NCBI GenBank assembly: GCA_001179505.1
Contig: CDMY01000182.1
Span: 1 to 64,000, forward strand
Direction of reading: 5' to 3'
From: Vitrella brassicaformis CCMP3155
Taxonomy: Eukaryota; Protista; Chromerida
DNA: 64,000 nt
Shown here: in pieces, positions 25,887-37,187 of the stretch
Layout: each line of letters opens with the position of its first letter
Position numbering within the stretch: the first letter of the stretch is position 1
Position numbers and translations under genes: made by a program
Notes under the pieces: model-generated
Told to the model about the DNA's origin: nothing
Seen by the model: the letters and a program-made list of their open reading frames with translations, nothing else
Database searches by the model: none

Positions 25887-26598
25887 TCTCACTCGAACTG
25901 GAAGTTGAGAACCGAACGGAGGGATGCGAGCCTTGACAGGATCGTTTCCGCTGGTATCACTCGAGGATTCAATGGATGCATCGGCTGCAGGGGCCACGTG
26001 CAAAGGTTGACTTGAGTCTTCATCTCTTACGGTCCACCCACGCAAACCTGTCCATCCATATGTATGCTTTCCCGCTGAGACTGACGTCTGTTGTGTGTGG
26101 ACGAGCAGCAGCCACCGCACACATGTACACGGACCCATAAACAGACACCAGGCAGCGTTGATCAAGGCCTGTCTGGCACACAGAGAGAGACGCGTCCTCC
26201 CGCTTGCCCGTCTCTGGACAACGCGCGCACGAGCTCTCGGTCTGGCATTGAGACACGGTGCCATCACGGCCGGCCATCTACCCAACCAACACAGCAACTT
26301 GAAGCCAATCTCCTCCTTATGCACGTCTGCCCAAGCGGACGCTCACACGGCAAAGCAACATACACAGCGCACTGACACCACGACTTAGGCGTACAGGCAC
26401 AACTCTGGAAAGAGACACGACGGAAAGAGAGAAGGAAAAATCCAGCAGCCACAAATCAGCCATTCCAAGGCATCCAGACAAATATGCATGCAACAGCCTC
26501 TCTCTCGCCAGCTGTCCTGCCCACCCCACCCCACCCCACCCTCCCACTCCCACTCCGCGAACACACATTCGTGCGCTCAGCCAGCCATATGCAATCAA

Positions 26599-27430
26599 TC
26601 AATCATCGCCATTGTTGCCGTCGTCACCGTTGTCCTCCTTTTCCTCATCGCGGACACGGAAGACTGTCTGCGTCCAGTGGTTGGGGCCTGGGGAGAACCC
26701 GTGGCCGATATTGTCGGAGTGGAAGGCGATGTGGATCTCGTCCCACTTGTCAAGCCCCTGATACTCCTGCCCGTTGGCGTCCTGGAAGCTGCTGGTCAGC
26801 AGCACTCCTAGCTTGGCGTTGCCGTGCTCGTCGGCCACAATGCCGTTGTAACCCTTCTCTTGACCAGGCTCCCCCTCCCATCCCCTGCCCAGGTTCAAGT
26901 CGGCTGGGCCGCCTCGCGGCGATCCGGGCTTCCGCACCAGCCAGGCCGTGTAGAAGCCACCTGCACTCACACACACATGGCAAGGGCACACACACATGCG
27001 CATTTCTTGCTCTCTGGTGGCTGGGCTACCTGGGACCATTCCCGTCATCTCCATGTCGAAATAAGTGAGGCCAAACGCGTCGAGGATGGTCACCTTGCCA
27101 CCGACGTCAAGCCAATCCTCCTCAGTGTAGTCTGCCATGTCCACACCCGCCGCCACAGCCTGCTCCTTGATGGCCTCAAACGTCTGCACCAACCACGCAG
27201 ACAGGCAGACCGGCAGACAAACCATGGATGCACACAGGCAGACAGCCATCAGCTCACTGTCGGATCATTGAAGCCGGTGCCCACTTCCCAATGAGCAGGG
27301 TCGCGCGCGAGAGCGGGGAAGCGGGCGAGGGGCCCTGACAAAGACCAACCGCACGTGTGTTGCTTCCTCCGGGGTGCGTGTCTGCGTACCATTGGGAAAG
27401 AAGGCGCGAAGGAGATCGTCTACCTGAGGT
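26599..27430 (-). CDS. Hypothetical protein resembling uncharacterised bacterial exported proteins (start uncertain)
   Basis: Exons splice in frame to ...RDPAHWEVGTGFNDPTTFEAIK...EDWLDVGG...MTGMVPGGFYTAWL...YNGIVADEHGNA...IAFHSDNIGHGFSPGPNHWTQTVF. Confidence 0.7.
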
Positions 27431-28133
27431 GGAATGGTTGCGGGGCAGGCAGCCACGAGGGAAAGGCACGAGGGAAAGGACGACAGCCATGCGCAACATC
27501 GTGTGGGAAGGAGGCAAGCAGGACAGGAGAAGCCTGAATCGTTGGCTGGGCTGTCTACATGTGCCGTTACCGGCTGACCGTTACGGCCATGATTGTTGGC
27601 TGGGTTTGGTGGTGGTGATTTGTCTTTTCTATCTTATCTGTGAGAAGAACGGAGGTATGTCTTCATATCTTTGGTTCGTGACGTTTGTGAATGAGCTTAA
27701 GCGAATTGAGGCGGATGTGAACCGCCGTGTTGGCCGATTCATCACTGGTCCGTCACCACACACACACATGCATAGAGATCCACACATCTCACACGCCGAG
27801 GGCTCACTGCAAAATGACTGCTACTTCTTTATACAAACAAACACTCAGAGAGGCAGACAGGACATAAGCACTCGCGCCCCACACAGGACCCGACATACGG
27901 CACCCGACACACACGCACACACACGGATGGATGTCCACACTCACAGACGTGAAGGCACGCCAACAGCACAGCACGCTATTCACTTAGACAGCGGGGAGAC
28001 ACAGATGCGGCGGATCTCACCAGCAGTCAGTGCAGCCAATGACCCACGTATTCATATACACCGGCACACAAACATACGCACGCACACGCACACCTCAGGG
28101 GCAGGCAAACGGAGGTGGGCTATGTCCGCACAC

Positions 28134-29069
28134 TCACTGCACACTGAGAATCTCCAGCTCGTCAGCTGTGAAGTCCCAACTGCCCCCCAGCACGTAATAG
28201 GGGCCACCAAGAACAGAGTGATGATACAGAGCCCCCATATAGCCCTCAGGCATAGGCACACCCCAGCTCACACCGTGGAAGTGGGTGCACTCGCGGATGT
28301 CATCACGCGACCAACCATTGCCATTGCCCAACCACAAGCCGCCGACAGTCACTCTCGCGTTTCTTCGGGGCACAAACCCCCTCCTAGACGCCACCAAGAC
28401 AATCTTCTGTAAAGGCGACCACTTGGTGGCATTCTCATAGTGGCCCGCCAGGGAGAACAACCACACGTCACTGCCGTATCCGTGCCACCCCGGCATCATG
28501 CCGCTGCCATCGAAGGCGGGCAGCCTGATGCCCTCACTGATGTAGACGCCGAAGACGTACTGGGCGTTGCGGATGACAATCACCAGGTCGGTCTTGTTCC
28601 CAACACGATCCAGCATATCGCCGTATGTTACACCGTTGCGGGAAGCCCTACATGTCACACACACACACACAGAGGACAGACAGCCACTGCTGATGATTTG
28701 GTGCGGGAACCCAAGTGTGCCTTGTCTGTATGTGGGAGTATACGCACCGGTAGAGCATTGTGAGTGCTGTGTCGTTGCCCAGCAGACCACGCAGGTTGTC
28801 ATACTCTGACTGAGACAGCGAGGAGTCCGATGGCGGCCGACTCTCCTGTAGACGACGAACCTGCACACACAAGCAACAGACAGACCGACAGACACTGAGT
28901 GGAGGGACAGTGCATCTCGACCTGAGCTGGCTGATGGTGCGTGTGTGCGCGTTCGTGTGGTACATACCTGTGTTGTGTTTGTGGGCGACATGAAGGCATC
29001 GCTGCCCGTCACACAGAGGGCGAGCGTGACGGCCAAGGCCAGCAGCATCATGCCACGCAGAGCCACCAT
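28134..29069 (-). CDS. Signal-peptide TLDc-domain protein (copy 1, intact)
   Basis: Signal peptide MVALRGMMLLALAVTLALCVTGSDA. TLDc motifs LYRASRNG, LVIVI...FGVYI, WLFSL, GGLWLG and LGGSWDFTADELEI. Two introns splice in frame. Confidence 0.9.
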   Translation of the reverse strand: MVALRGMMLLALAVTLALCVTGSDAFMSPTNTTQVCTTRTRTHAPSASSGRDALSLHSVSVGLSVACVCRFVVYRRVGRHRTPRCLSQSMTTCVVCWATTQHSQCSTGAYTPTYRQGTLGFPHQIISSGCLSSVCVCVTCRASRNGVTYGDMLDRVGNKTDLVIVIRNAQYVFGVYISEGIRLPAFDGSGMMPGWHGYGSDVWLFSLAGHYENATKWSPLQKIVLVASRRGFVPRRNARVTVGGLWLGNGNGWSRDDIRECTHFHGVSWGVPMPEGYMGALYHHSVLGGPYYVLGGSWDFTADELEILSVQ

Positions 29070-29633
29070 TCTGCGCACGTGGAGGGAACGAAGGACAGCA
29101 CGCAGCTAGTCTGTCGTGTGTGGGAGTGGGTGTTGATGGTATCGACGGAACGAGGATGTCCACTCCAAAAACAGAGATCTGGCCGGGAAACGGGAAGATA
29201 TACAGCCAGATCTCTGCCGTGACAAGGGAAACAACTGAAGATGTTTCCTCCCTCTCCTTCTCTCTCCTCTCTCGCTCTCCCCTCTCCCTCCCCTACTCAT
29301 CCCTCCTCGCGGTTTTAGGGTAAGCAACCCTGAGCCCCAAACCCTAACGTCTGAGTCGTGCATTCGGTCATCACTGAAGTCATCAGCTGACGCGTGAAGA
29401 GAGTCCGGCACATCCATTGTCGAGACACACGCACACAACCACACATATCATATCAACGCATCAACACCATATATCAACAGCCGACCAGATGACATTACAG
29501 AGATAATGCACCTCTCCCTCCATCCCTCCCTCTCGACTGCTGCCAACAGCACATGACAACACTCAGCAGCTCGAAGTGTCCCCCACCCACACACCACACA
29601 CACCGCCCCCTCCCTCCCTCCTCCCTCCTTCTC

Positions 29634-31351
29634 TCAGTTGATGCCGAGTGTCACCCACTTGCCCCGCTCGTCGATGCCGCCCAGCTGCTGCCACCCACAA
29701 AACTGACAGTCGGCATTGCCCAAAGGCTCGCTAAAGCCCTTGTCGATGGCCCCCTCCCCTATGCCGTGTCGGGCCGCCTCGTCCAGCCGGGCCCTATGCA
29801 CCACCTCACGCACACCCACACGGCCACGTGTGTGCAGCACCTGTGTGGGCGGCTGTCGGCTCTGATGGCGAAGCATTGCAGCGGCACCCGCACCGTCACG
29901 CCGCCCACATTGGCCGTCCCGCCCACCACCTCCCTGTTGCTGCTGGCATACAACGCCGACTTGACGAAGTGCTCGATAGCCGCACACACGGCGGGCCATG
30001 TCACTGTCGCGGATGCCGATGTGGGCACTGATGGCCTCGTTGGCGGCGTCTTGGTCGAAGCACATGGCGGCGATCTTCCAGCCGATGGCCTCTGACTCGT
30101 GTGGGCCGTATCCAGCGGGGGCGGGGGACAGATTGGCCGCAGGGGCGTGAGGGGGCTCCAGCAGGTGGGGCAGGAGAGTGGGGAGAGACTTCATAAGGAA
30201 AGCAGCCAGCGACCGCTGAGGGGCGAGGGCGGCATTGACGGCCGCCATCGCCTCCGTGCGGATGTCGTTGAGCACTCTCATGCACCGGGGCAGCACCAGC
30301 TCGCGCCAACGGCGGTGCCATGCCGTGTCTGTGGGCATCTGGCCGACGTCGGCTCCGCTTCGCAGCAAGGTGCGGATGATGGCCTCGCGAATGGGAATCT
30401 CACTGGTGGCATGGTCCCTGACGTCTTGCTGATTGTTGACGTCTTGCGAGAACTCAATCGATGCATAGAGGTTGCAGGCGGCCAGATGCAGCGGTGTCCG
30501 GTTGGGGTCGCCCGTCGTCTTCCCTCTGTCGATGTCCGCTGCTGCCACATGGCGGCAGAGGTAGTCGGTCACACAGGGAGAGCCGGCACCTGCCGCCAGG
30601 TACAGAGGCGTCGATTCAGACCCACTCACTGCCGTCAGACTCGCCCCGTTGTCCACCAGCAGGTCCAGTGCGTCCCTCCCTCCCTGCGGGCTGCACTGTG
30701 GATCAGATTGCCGTTCAAGTCTTCTTCGGTTGCAAGTGTGGCGTCTTGCTGGATGAGCCGGCGAACTATCGACAGCAGCCGCTCCTCATAGACGGGGGAC
30801 ACCTGGATTCGGTCAAGGATGGGCCGGGGCAGATCCATGACGAAGGAAAGGCCGGGAAAGGACGGCGCACCGCAGCGCCGCGCGCGAACAAGACCCTCAT
30901 TGCGCTCTCATTGCCCCCACGGATTGCTATCCTGATGGGTTCGCTGTCCCCCCAGGTCGGCTCGTTGATGCGGGCGCCTCCGTCGATGAGGACATTCAAG
31001 ATGGCCGCCTCGGCCTCAGGCGACGACCAATGAGGCAACGTGAGTACGCAGCGTCGACACGTGCGTCGACCATGGATGATGCCGAAGTCCACTGTCGGCA
31101 TAGCGCTGCCATTCCAATTGTCGATAGCAAGCGAGAACAGCAGATACCGCCCTGTACGAACGGGATGCCGAGACCCGCAGTCGCACGCCTCGCCAGGACC
31201 CAGCATCCGCAGCCGGACTTGATGGTTGGGGTCGGCACCATTGTGGATGAGGTCCGTGACCTGCTGCTGGTGGGTGAAGGTCCGACGAATAATGCCCTCA
31301 CTCAGCTGTCGGGTCTGACGACAAAGGGTGCAATGGATGCGGTCATGCGTT

Positions 31352-31389
<38 letters not shown>

Positions 31390-31471
31390 CACCTACCGCA
31401 TTGCTGGTGCCATCCCTGTGCCTGATGTCGATGTCCTCGAGCCGCAGACAGCCATCCCCACTGGCCGCCAT
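29634..31471 (-). pseudogene. Ankyrin-repeat protein, copy 1, frameshifted
   Basis: Relative to copy 2 the frame breaks at ~30850 and ~30680. A compensating pair of indels lies at ~29990 and ~29845, and the segment equivalent to SHERHSDGRFPYSQRFIDSY is missing. Confidence 0.8.
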
Positions 31472-32340
31472 CACTCACGCGACCTGCTTACACATCACCC
31501 GCAAAGAGGCAGATCACACACGGGATGCTTCCTCTCTTTGTGAACCCATTCGCACCTTGTCAGTGAGTGTGTGATTCGCCGTCAGTGAAGACAACACGCA
31601 CCGGCCACGGGGAAGATGTCGTGCGAAGCAGACAGAACACCACACAGTGTCGTGCCTGCCCTCCTTCCTCTCTAAGGTGCGCTCGCCTTGCTCCCTCTCT
31701 GCCTCCCCTTCTCGCACCTCTTTCTGCGAGCGGAACAGAGCTAGCGTAGCCAACAGATGATTGGCACCTTCCGCTCTTGAGGTTCAGGTTAGGGCCGAGG
31801 GTTTCGGAGAAGCATGCGCAAGCATCAGAATGGACTCCGACATTGCCCCATTCATTAAATCACTCATGGCTCATCCGCACCTCCAAAAGGTCCATGTAAG
31901 GCATGCAGCTCTCTTGCCGGCCGTCCGGCTGGCTGGCTGGCTCTCATTCAGCACACACACACATTCGCAGAAACACATCAGGGCAGGATGACGACATAGT
32001 CACACGCATAGAGCCACAGTCACTATTCATTACAGTCAGTCCAGCCAGCGCACACACACTCACTTCAGCAAACAAACACACCAACACACACACACACACA
32101 CAGGGGCACCAGCAGTGTGCTGACAGATCAGCTGCACTCAGGCGTGGAGGCAGGGAAGCAGACAGACAGACAGACGAGGGCGCAGAGAGGACGGCACAGA
32201 TGGAAGGCACCCATTTATGTCAGTACAGTACGATAGAGGTAAAGGCACATATCCCCCTCCTTCCCTGGCTACGTGCACCTCTAGCTCATCCGCCATGAAC
32301 ACGACTGACCCACCCAACACTGCTGCGTCGCCCTCACGGT

Positions 32341-33279
32341 TCACATCAAAAACAGGAATGACGAGAGCCACAGACACACCGACAGGAAGACATACGTCCG
32401 CCTCGCTGATGATGGCAGCATACTTGACAGCACCTCTATCTCGTCAGCCTTGAAGTACTCCGACCCGCCCAACAAAGCACTGCCATAACCATCGTCATCC
32501 CTCACTCCCGTGTAGCCCTCAGGCACATAGCCACTGTAGGTGAACTGATAGCAGCTGCGGATGTCGGCAGCAGGAGGGCCATGGATATTGTCAGAGCCCA
32601 AATACAAAAATCCACCGATCGCCACCCTTGCACCTCTCTGATACTTCCTCCCGGTCACCATCACCCACTGATCGTCTCCGTCGATCTCCATCTTGGTCGG
32701 TAAGGTGAAGTGGCCGGCCAGTGAGAAATACCACACATCACTGTCCTACGAACGGTCGTTGGTCGGGTTGTCGGGCTCCTGGATGTCGGCACTGATGTAC
32801 ACGCCGAAGGCATACTTGTCCTTCCTGACCACAAACAGGAGAGGTTTGGCGTCGCCCACATTGTCCAGCAGGTCGCTCGCCATAGGTGGTGCCGTGGACA
32901 GACGTTCTGCAACACACACACACACACACACAGACGGAATCTGCCCCATTAGCTGTCACACCATCCCAGCCTGCTGGCATGGTGTGTGTCTACCGGTAGA
33001 GTGAGGTGAGCGGTGTGGTGTCATTCAGCAGGCCGACCAGCGCCTCATACTCTGACGCAGACAGCGACGTGTTGGCAGGAGGGGACACCTGCAGGAGGCG
33101 CAAACGGACCTGAACAGATCCAAGACAGCCATGGACACCAGAGCATTAGATGAGTGGGTGAATAGAACACGGTGTGTGTGTGTGTCACATACCTGCTGTG
33201 CGGGTCTTGCTTCTGTGCCAACGCAGGTACCCACCACACACAGAATCATCATGATAGCAGCACTCCGCCAAGCAGCCAT
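32341..33279 (-). pseudogene. Signal-peptide TLDc protein, copy 2, disrupted
   Basis: A 4-bp duplication (TCGCTCGC, 32873-32880) shifts the frame after TTYG. There is also an in-frame TAG at 32746-32748 before DSDVWYFSLAGHF. Confidence 0.85.
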
Positions 33280-33578
33280 CACGTGAATGGGAACAGAGAG
33301 AGAAGAGGACAGAGAGCCTTGCTGGTCAGAGGGAGGACGGGGCAGACAGACGAGAGATGAGGTGAGAGGGACGAGGAAGCTGACAGATTGCCTAGATCTC
33401 GTACGCTGATAGATCTCACCGGGTGCTACAATGAGAATACTGGATCCCGATAATCAATTGGAGATGCCGCAAGCTCTCTCCCCCTCCCCGTCTGAGCTCG
33501 CAAAGTGTATGGTTTTGAGACAAGGGTGCCCTAAAGCGTTTGAGGGCTCCATATGTCTTGGAGTGTGGAAAAACATTG

Positions 33579-33666
33579 ACTCGTAGCGCAGGCAGAGTCT
33601 GTCGGTCTCTCATGAAATGAACTGCGGCAATCGACCAACCCTCAATCATGCGACAAAGATGCCACC
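33579..33666 (-). mobile_element. 3' tail fragment of CRE-like family B
   Basis: Near-identical to 11925-12020 (GCAGGCAGAGTCTGTCGGTCTCTCATGAAA.GAACTGCG...AACCCTCAATCATGCGACAAA.ATGCC). Confidence 0.8.
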
Positions 33667-34090
33667 ACACATTAAATGAACCGTGGAGCACACTGACTGC
33701 CATGGACGGTGGGTGTTTTGTGTGTGGCGGGTGTAGCTAGTTTGTCTGCTGCTACTTAGGCTGCCTGGGTTGTATATGCAGCAGCAGGGTGATGCGGATT
33801 GCTTCACGGTCGCCTGGTATATGCATGACTTCTGGTGACACAGATACAAATTACATTACATTACCATGCACAGGCGAATTGTCGAGACACACGCACACAC
33901 CCACATATATCATATCAACATATCAACGCCACATATCAACAGTCGACCAGATGACATTCCAAAGATAATGCACCCCTCCATCCCTCCCTTCGTCCCTCTC
34001 GACTGCTGCCAACAGCACATGACAACACTCGGCAGCTCAAAGTGTCCCCCACCCACACCACACACACACCGCCCCCTCCCTCCCTCCCTC

Positions 34091-35911
34091 TCAGTTGATG
34101 CCGAGTGTCACCCACTTGCCCCCGTCGTCGATGCGGCCTAGCTGCTGCCACCCACCAAACTCACAGTCGGCATTGCCCAAAGGCTCGCTAAAGCCCTTGT
34201 CGATGGCCCTCTCCCCTATGCCGTGTCGGGCCGCCTCGTCCAGCCGGGCCCTCTGCACCACCTCACGCAGACCCACGCGGCCCCGTGTGTGGACCACCTG
34301 GTGTGGGCGGCTGTCGGCCCCGATGGCGAAGCACTGCAGCGGCACCCGCACCGTCACGCCGCCCACATTGGCCGTCCCGCCCACCACCTCCCTGTTGCTG
34401 CTGGCATACAACGCCGACCTGACGAAGTGCTCGACGGCCGCACACACACGGCGGGCCATGTCGCTGTTGCGGATGCCGATGTTGGCAGCGATGGCCTCGT
34501 TGGCGGCGTCTTGATCGAAGCACATGGCGGCGATCTTCCAGCCGATGGCCTCTGACTCGTGTGGGCCGTATCCAGCGGAGGCGGGGAGGGGGGCGGAGGG
34601 TGGATTGGCCACAGGGGTGCCAGGGGGCTGCAGCAGGTGGGGCAGGAGAGTGGGGAGAGACTTCATAAGGAAAGCAGCCAGCGACCGCTGAGGGGCGAGG
34701 GCGGCATTGACGGCAGTCATGGCCCCGGTGTGGATGTCGTTGAGCACTAGTGTGCACTGCGGCAGCACCAGCTGGCGACGATGGCGCTGCTCTGCGGTGT
34801 CTGTGGGGAGGCGGTTGATATCCGCTCCGCTTCGCAGCAAGCTGCGGATGGTGGCCTCGCGAATGGGAATGTACCTGGCGGCTCGGTCCCTGGGGCCTTG
34901 CAAATTGTTGACGTCTTGCGAAAACTCAATCACGCAATCAAGAGTGCTGGCGGCGTCGTAGAGAGCCGTCTCGTTGGGGGCCTTCGGTTTCCCTCTGTTG
35001 ATTTCCGCTGCTGGCAGGTGGCGGCCGAGGTAGTCAATCACGCATAGAGAGGTCTTCTGTGCCGCCACGTGCAGAGGCGTCTTTCCACCCGTTCTATAGT
35101 CTCCCAAGCCAGTGTTGGACACTACTGTCATATCCGCGCCGTTTTCCACGAGTAGCTGAAGATAGGAGTCGATGAAGCGCTGCGAGTAGGGGAAACGCCC
35201 GTCGCTGTGTCGCTCGTGGCTGGCCGCCCTGCGGACGAGGTTGTTGCCGGCCCTTGGGTCATCGGTTGCAAGCGTAGGGTCGTGCTGAATGATCCGGCGG
35301 TATATCGACAGCAGCCGCTGCTCATAGCCGGGGGACACCTGTCGTTGCCTGAAGTAGCTGCTGGGCAGCTCCATGGCGAAGTTATCGCCAGAGGGAAAGG
35401 GACGGCGCACCGCAGCGCCGCGCGCTATCAAGACCTCCATAGCGCTCTCGTTTCCCAAAAGGATTGCCATCCTGATGATGGGTCGGCCGTCGATCCACTG
35501 CGATTCGGTGATGTCGCCGCCTCCGTCGATGAGGGCGTTGATGATGGCCGCCTCGAGCTCAGGCGACGACCAGTGAGGAAGGGCGAGAGGCCGCCGCCGA
35601 CCGCTGCTGTCAATCACGTCGATTGTGAGATGGGTGCCGTCGCTGAGATTGTCAATTACGAGCGAGAGCAGCCGATACATCTTACCACCCTCGCCGATGC
35701 CCCGCACCCGAAGGCACGGCCAAGTATTTGGGTCAGCACCATCCCGTAGGAGATCCGCCACCTGCTGTGGATCAGTGAATGTCCGATGAACAACGCCGTC
35801 AGCCAGCCGTCGGGTCGCATCGCTGGTGCCATCCCGGTGGGCGATTTCGACGTCACCGAGCCGCAGACAGCCATCAGGCAGCTGGCCTTGCGCACTTGCC
35901 GCCATGGCCAT
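34091..35911 (-). CDS. Ankyrin-repeat protein, copy 2, intact single coding exon (~606 aa)
   Basis: Open frame MAMAASAQ...WVTLGIN*. Ankyrin motifs GADPN, PIIRMAI..GN, GKTPLHVAA and ETALYDAA, plus a C-terminal domain shared with copy 1. Confidence 0.9.
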   Translation of the reverse strand: MAMAASAQGQLPDGCLRLGDVEIAHRDGTSDATRRLADGVVHRTFTDPQQVADLLRDGADPNTWPCLRVRGIGEGGKMYRLLSLVIDNLSDGTHLTIDVIDSSGRRRPLALPHWSSPELEAAIINALIDGGGDITESQWIDGRPIIRMAILLGNESAMEVLIARGAAVRRPFPSGDNFAMELPSSYFRQRQVSPGYEQRLLSIYRRIIQHDPTLATDDPRAGNNLVRRAASHERHSDGRFPYSQRFIDSYLQLLVENGADMTVVSNTGLGDYRTGGKTPLHVAAQKTSLCVIDYLGRHLPAAEINRGKPKAPNETALYDAASTLDCVIEFSQDVNNLQGPRDRAARYIPIREATIRSLLRSGADINRLPTDTAEQRHRRQLVLPQCTLVLNDIHTGAMTAVNAALAPQRSLAAFLMKSLPTLLPHLLQPPGTPVANPPSAPLPASAGYGPHESEAIGWKIAAMCFDQDAANEAIAANIGIRNSDMARRVCAAVEHFVRSALYASSNREVVGGTANVGGVTVRVPLQCFAIGADSRPHQVVHTRGRVGLREVVQRARLDEAARHGIGERAIDKGFSEPLGNADCEFGGWQQLGRIDDGGKWVTLGIN

Positions 35912-37187
35912 CACTAATGCGACCTGCTTACACACACCACACACAGACAGCAGAAGATGGGGCAGATGCCTCTCTCTCTCTCTGTGTGTGTGTGGACCCA
36001 TTCGCACCTTATCAGTGAGTGTGATGCCTCAGTCAACGGCTAACGGACCAAGATCAGCGAAGAAGGACTGGATGAAGAGCGCAGGCAAATGGGAAAAGCG
36101 CAGCGTTTGTTGAACAATTATGTCAGCAACTCTATGATGAGACGTAGTAGAGGTTCCACAAGAAGGAGTAAGGAATCTACAAAATACACTGTTGCACGTC
36201 CACCATAGTTTTATCCTGGTGAAGGGAGGGGAGGGGAGAGGATATTCGGCTCTCAATCTCTCCTCCCTCTCTCCTTTGCTTAGGGTCCAGGGTTTTCATG
36301 AAACGTTTGATTTTGCAGTTCCCCTTTTGCATTGCTTGTCTCTTGCAGATGTGTCATTGTGATTGAGTGGCACATCGGGTGGACAATCTTCTACGCTCTC
36401 CATTGGACAGCGATAGCAAATCGGATGCTTCTCACTGAAGGAGCACATCAGTGAGAATCCGAAAAGCTACAGAATGCATCAAAGTGCTCTGTTGCGAATG
36501 CATCCATGGAGTTAACCAATCGCTGCCATACTGCTTGTGTCTGTCATCACACACACGAACACACACGCGTGCACAGAGACACCAATAGTCAGAAAGAGTG
36601 AGTCGACCTGCCAGCCACGCACGCCTCTAAATACTCAAATCATTCAGTCATGCAGGCCTGCATTCCGGAATGCTAAGTATGTGTGTGTGGGGGTGGACCG
36701 AACCCATCAACAAACCAACCGACCAACCGACCAATAAGACACCAACCAACACAGAAAAACCACCTGGTATGTCCCGACGCGTGGTATAAGATGGTGAGAG
36801 GTATGTGGATGTGTGTGTGCATGTGTTAACCAACCCAGCAAGCTAGCCAATCCCTCTTCCTCCCTCCTCCCTTGGCTCTTCTACGTACTTGTGTACGTAT
36901 GTACGCTTGAGCTGCGTCCATCCCGCATCCACCGTCCGTCAAAAATAGCTGTAGCTGTGTGTGTGTGTGTGTGTGTCTGTCTGCCAAGGTCGGTACGGTT
37001 GAAATCCCTGTAGTAGATGACGCTAGCCAGATGAGATAGATGCCTGAGCTGACTGCAGGCAGTAGCTACTGGACTGGATGTACCCTTTACGCACTACATG
37101 TCTCTCTCTCAATCCATCCGTCAATCCATCGATCGAGATCGATCGATTGCTGGATACCCCTCACTCACTGACGCACTCATTCACTCT

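Larger units (their letters stand above)
28050..36035 (-). repeat. Tandem duplication of a TLDc + ankyrin two-gene cassette (copy 1 ~28050-31585; copy 2 ~32340-36035)
   Basis: Same gene order and orientation. Homologous non-coding DNA at 29410-29640 vs 33865-34095 and at 31540-31585 vs 35992-36033. Confidence 0.85.

Noticed and set aside
29311-29347. Interstitial telomere
   Set aside because: Only single TTTAGGG/CCCTAA units, not an array; kept only as a possible promoter motif.
31761-32050. Small plus-strand gene MDSDIAPFIKSLMAHPHLQKVH...
   Set aside because: Short, no motifs, and no consistent splice model; lies in the spacer between cassette copies.
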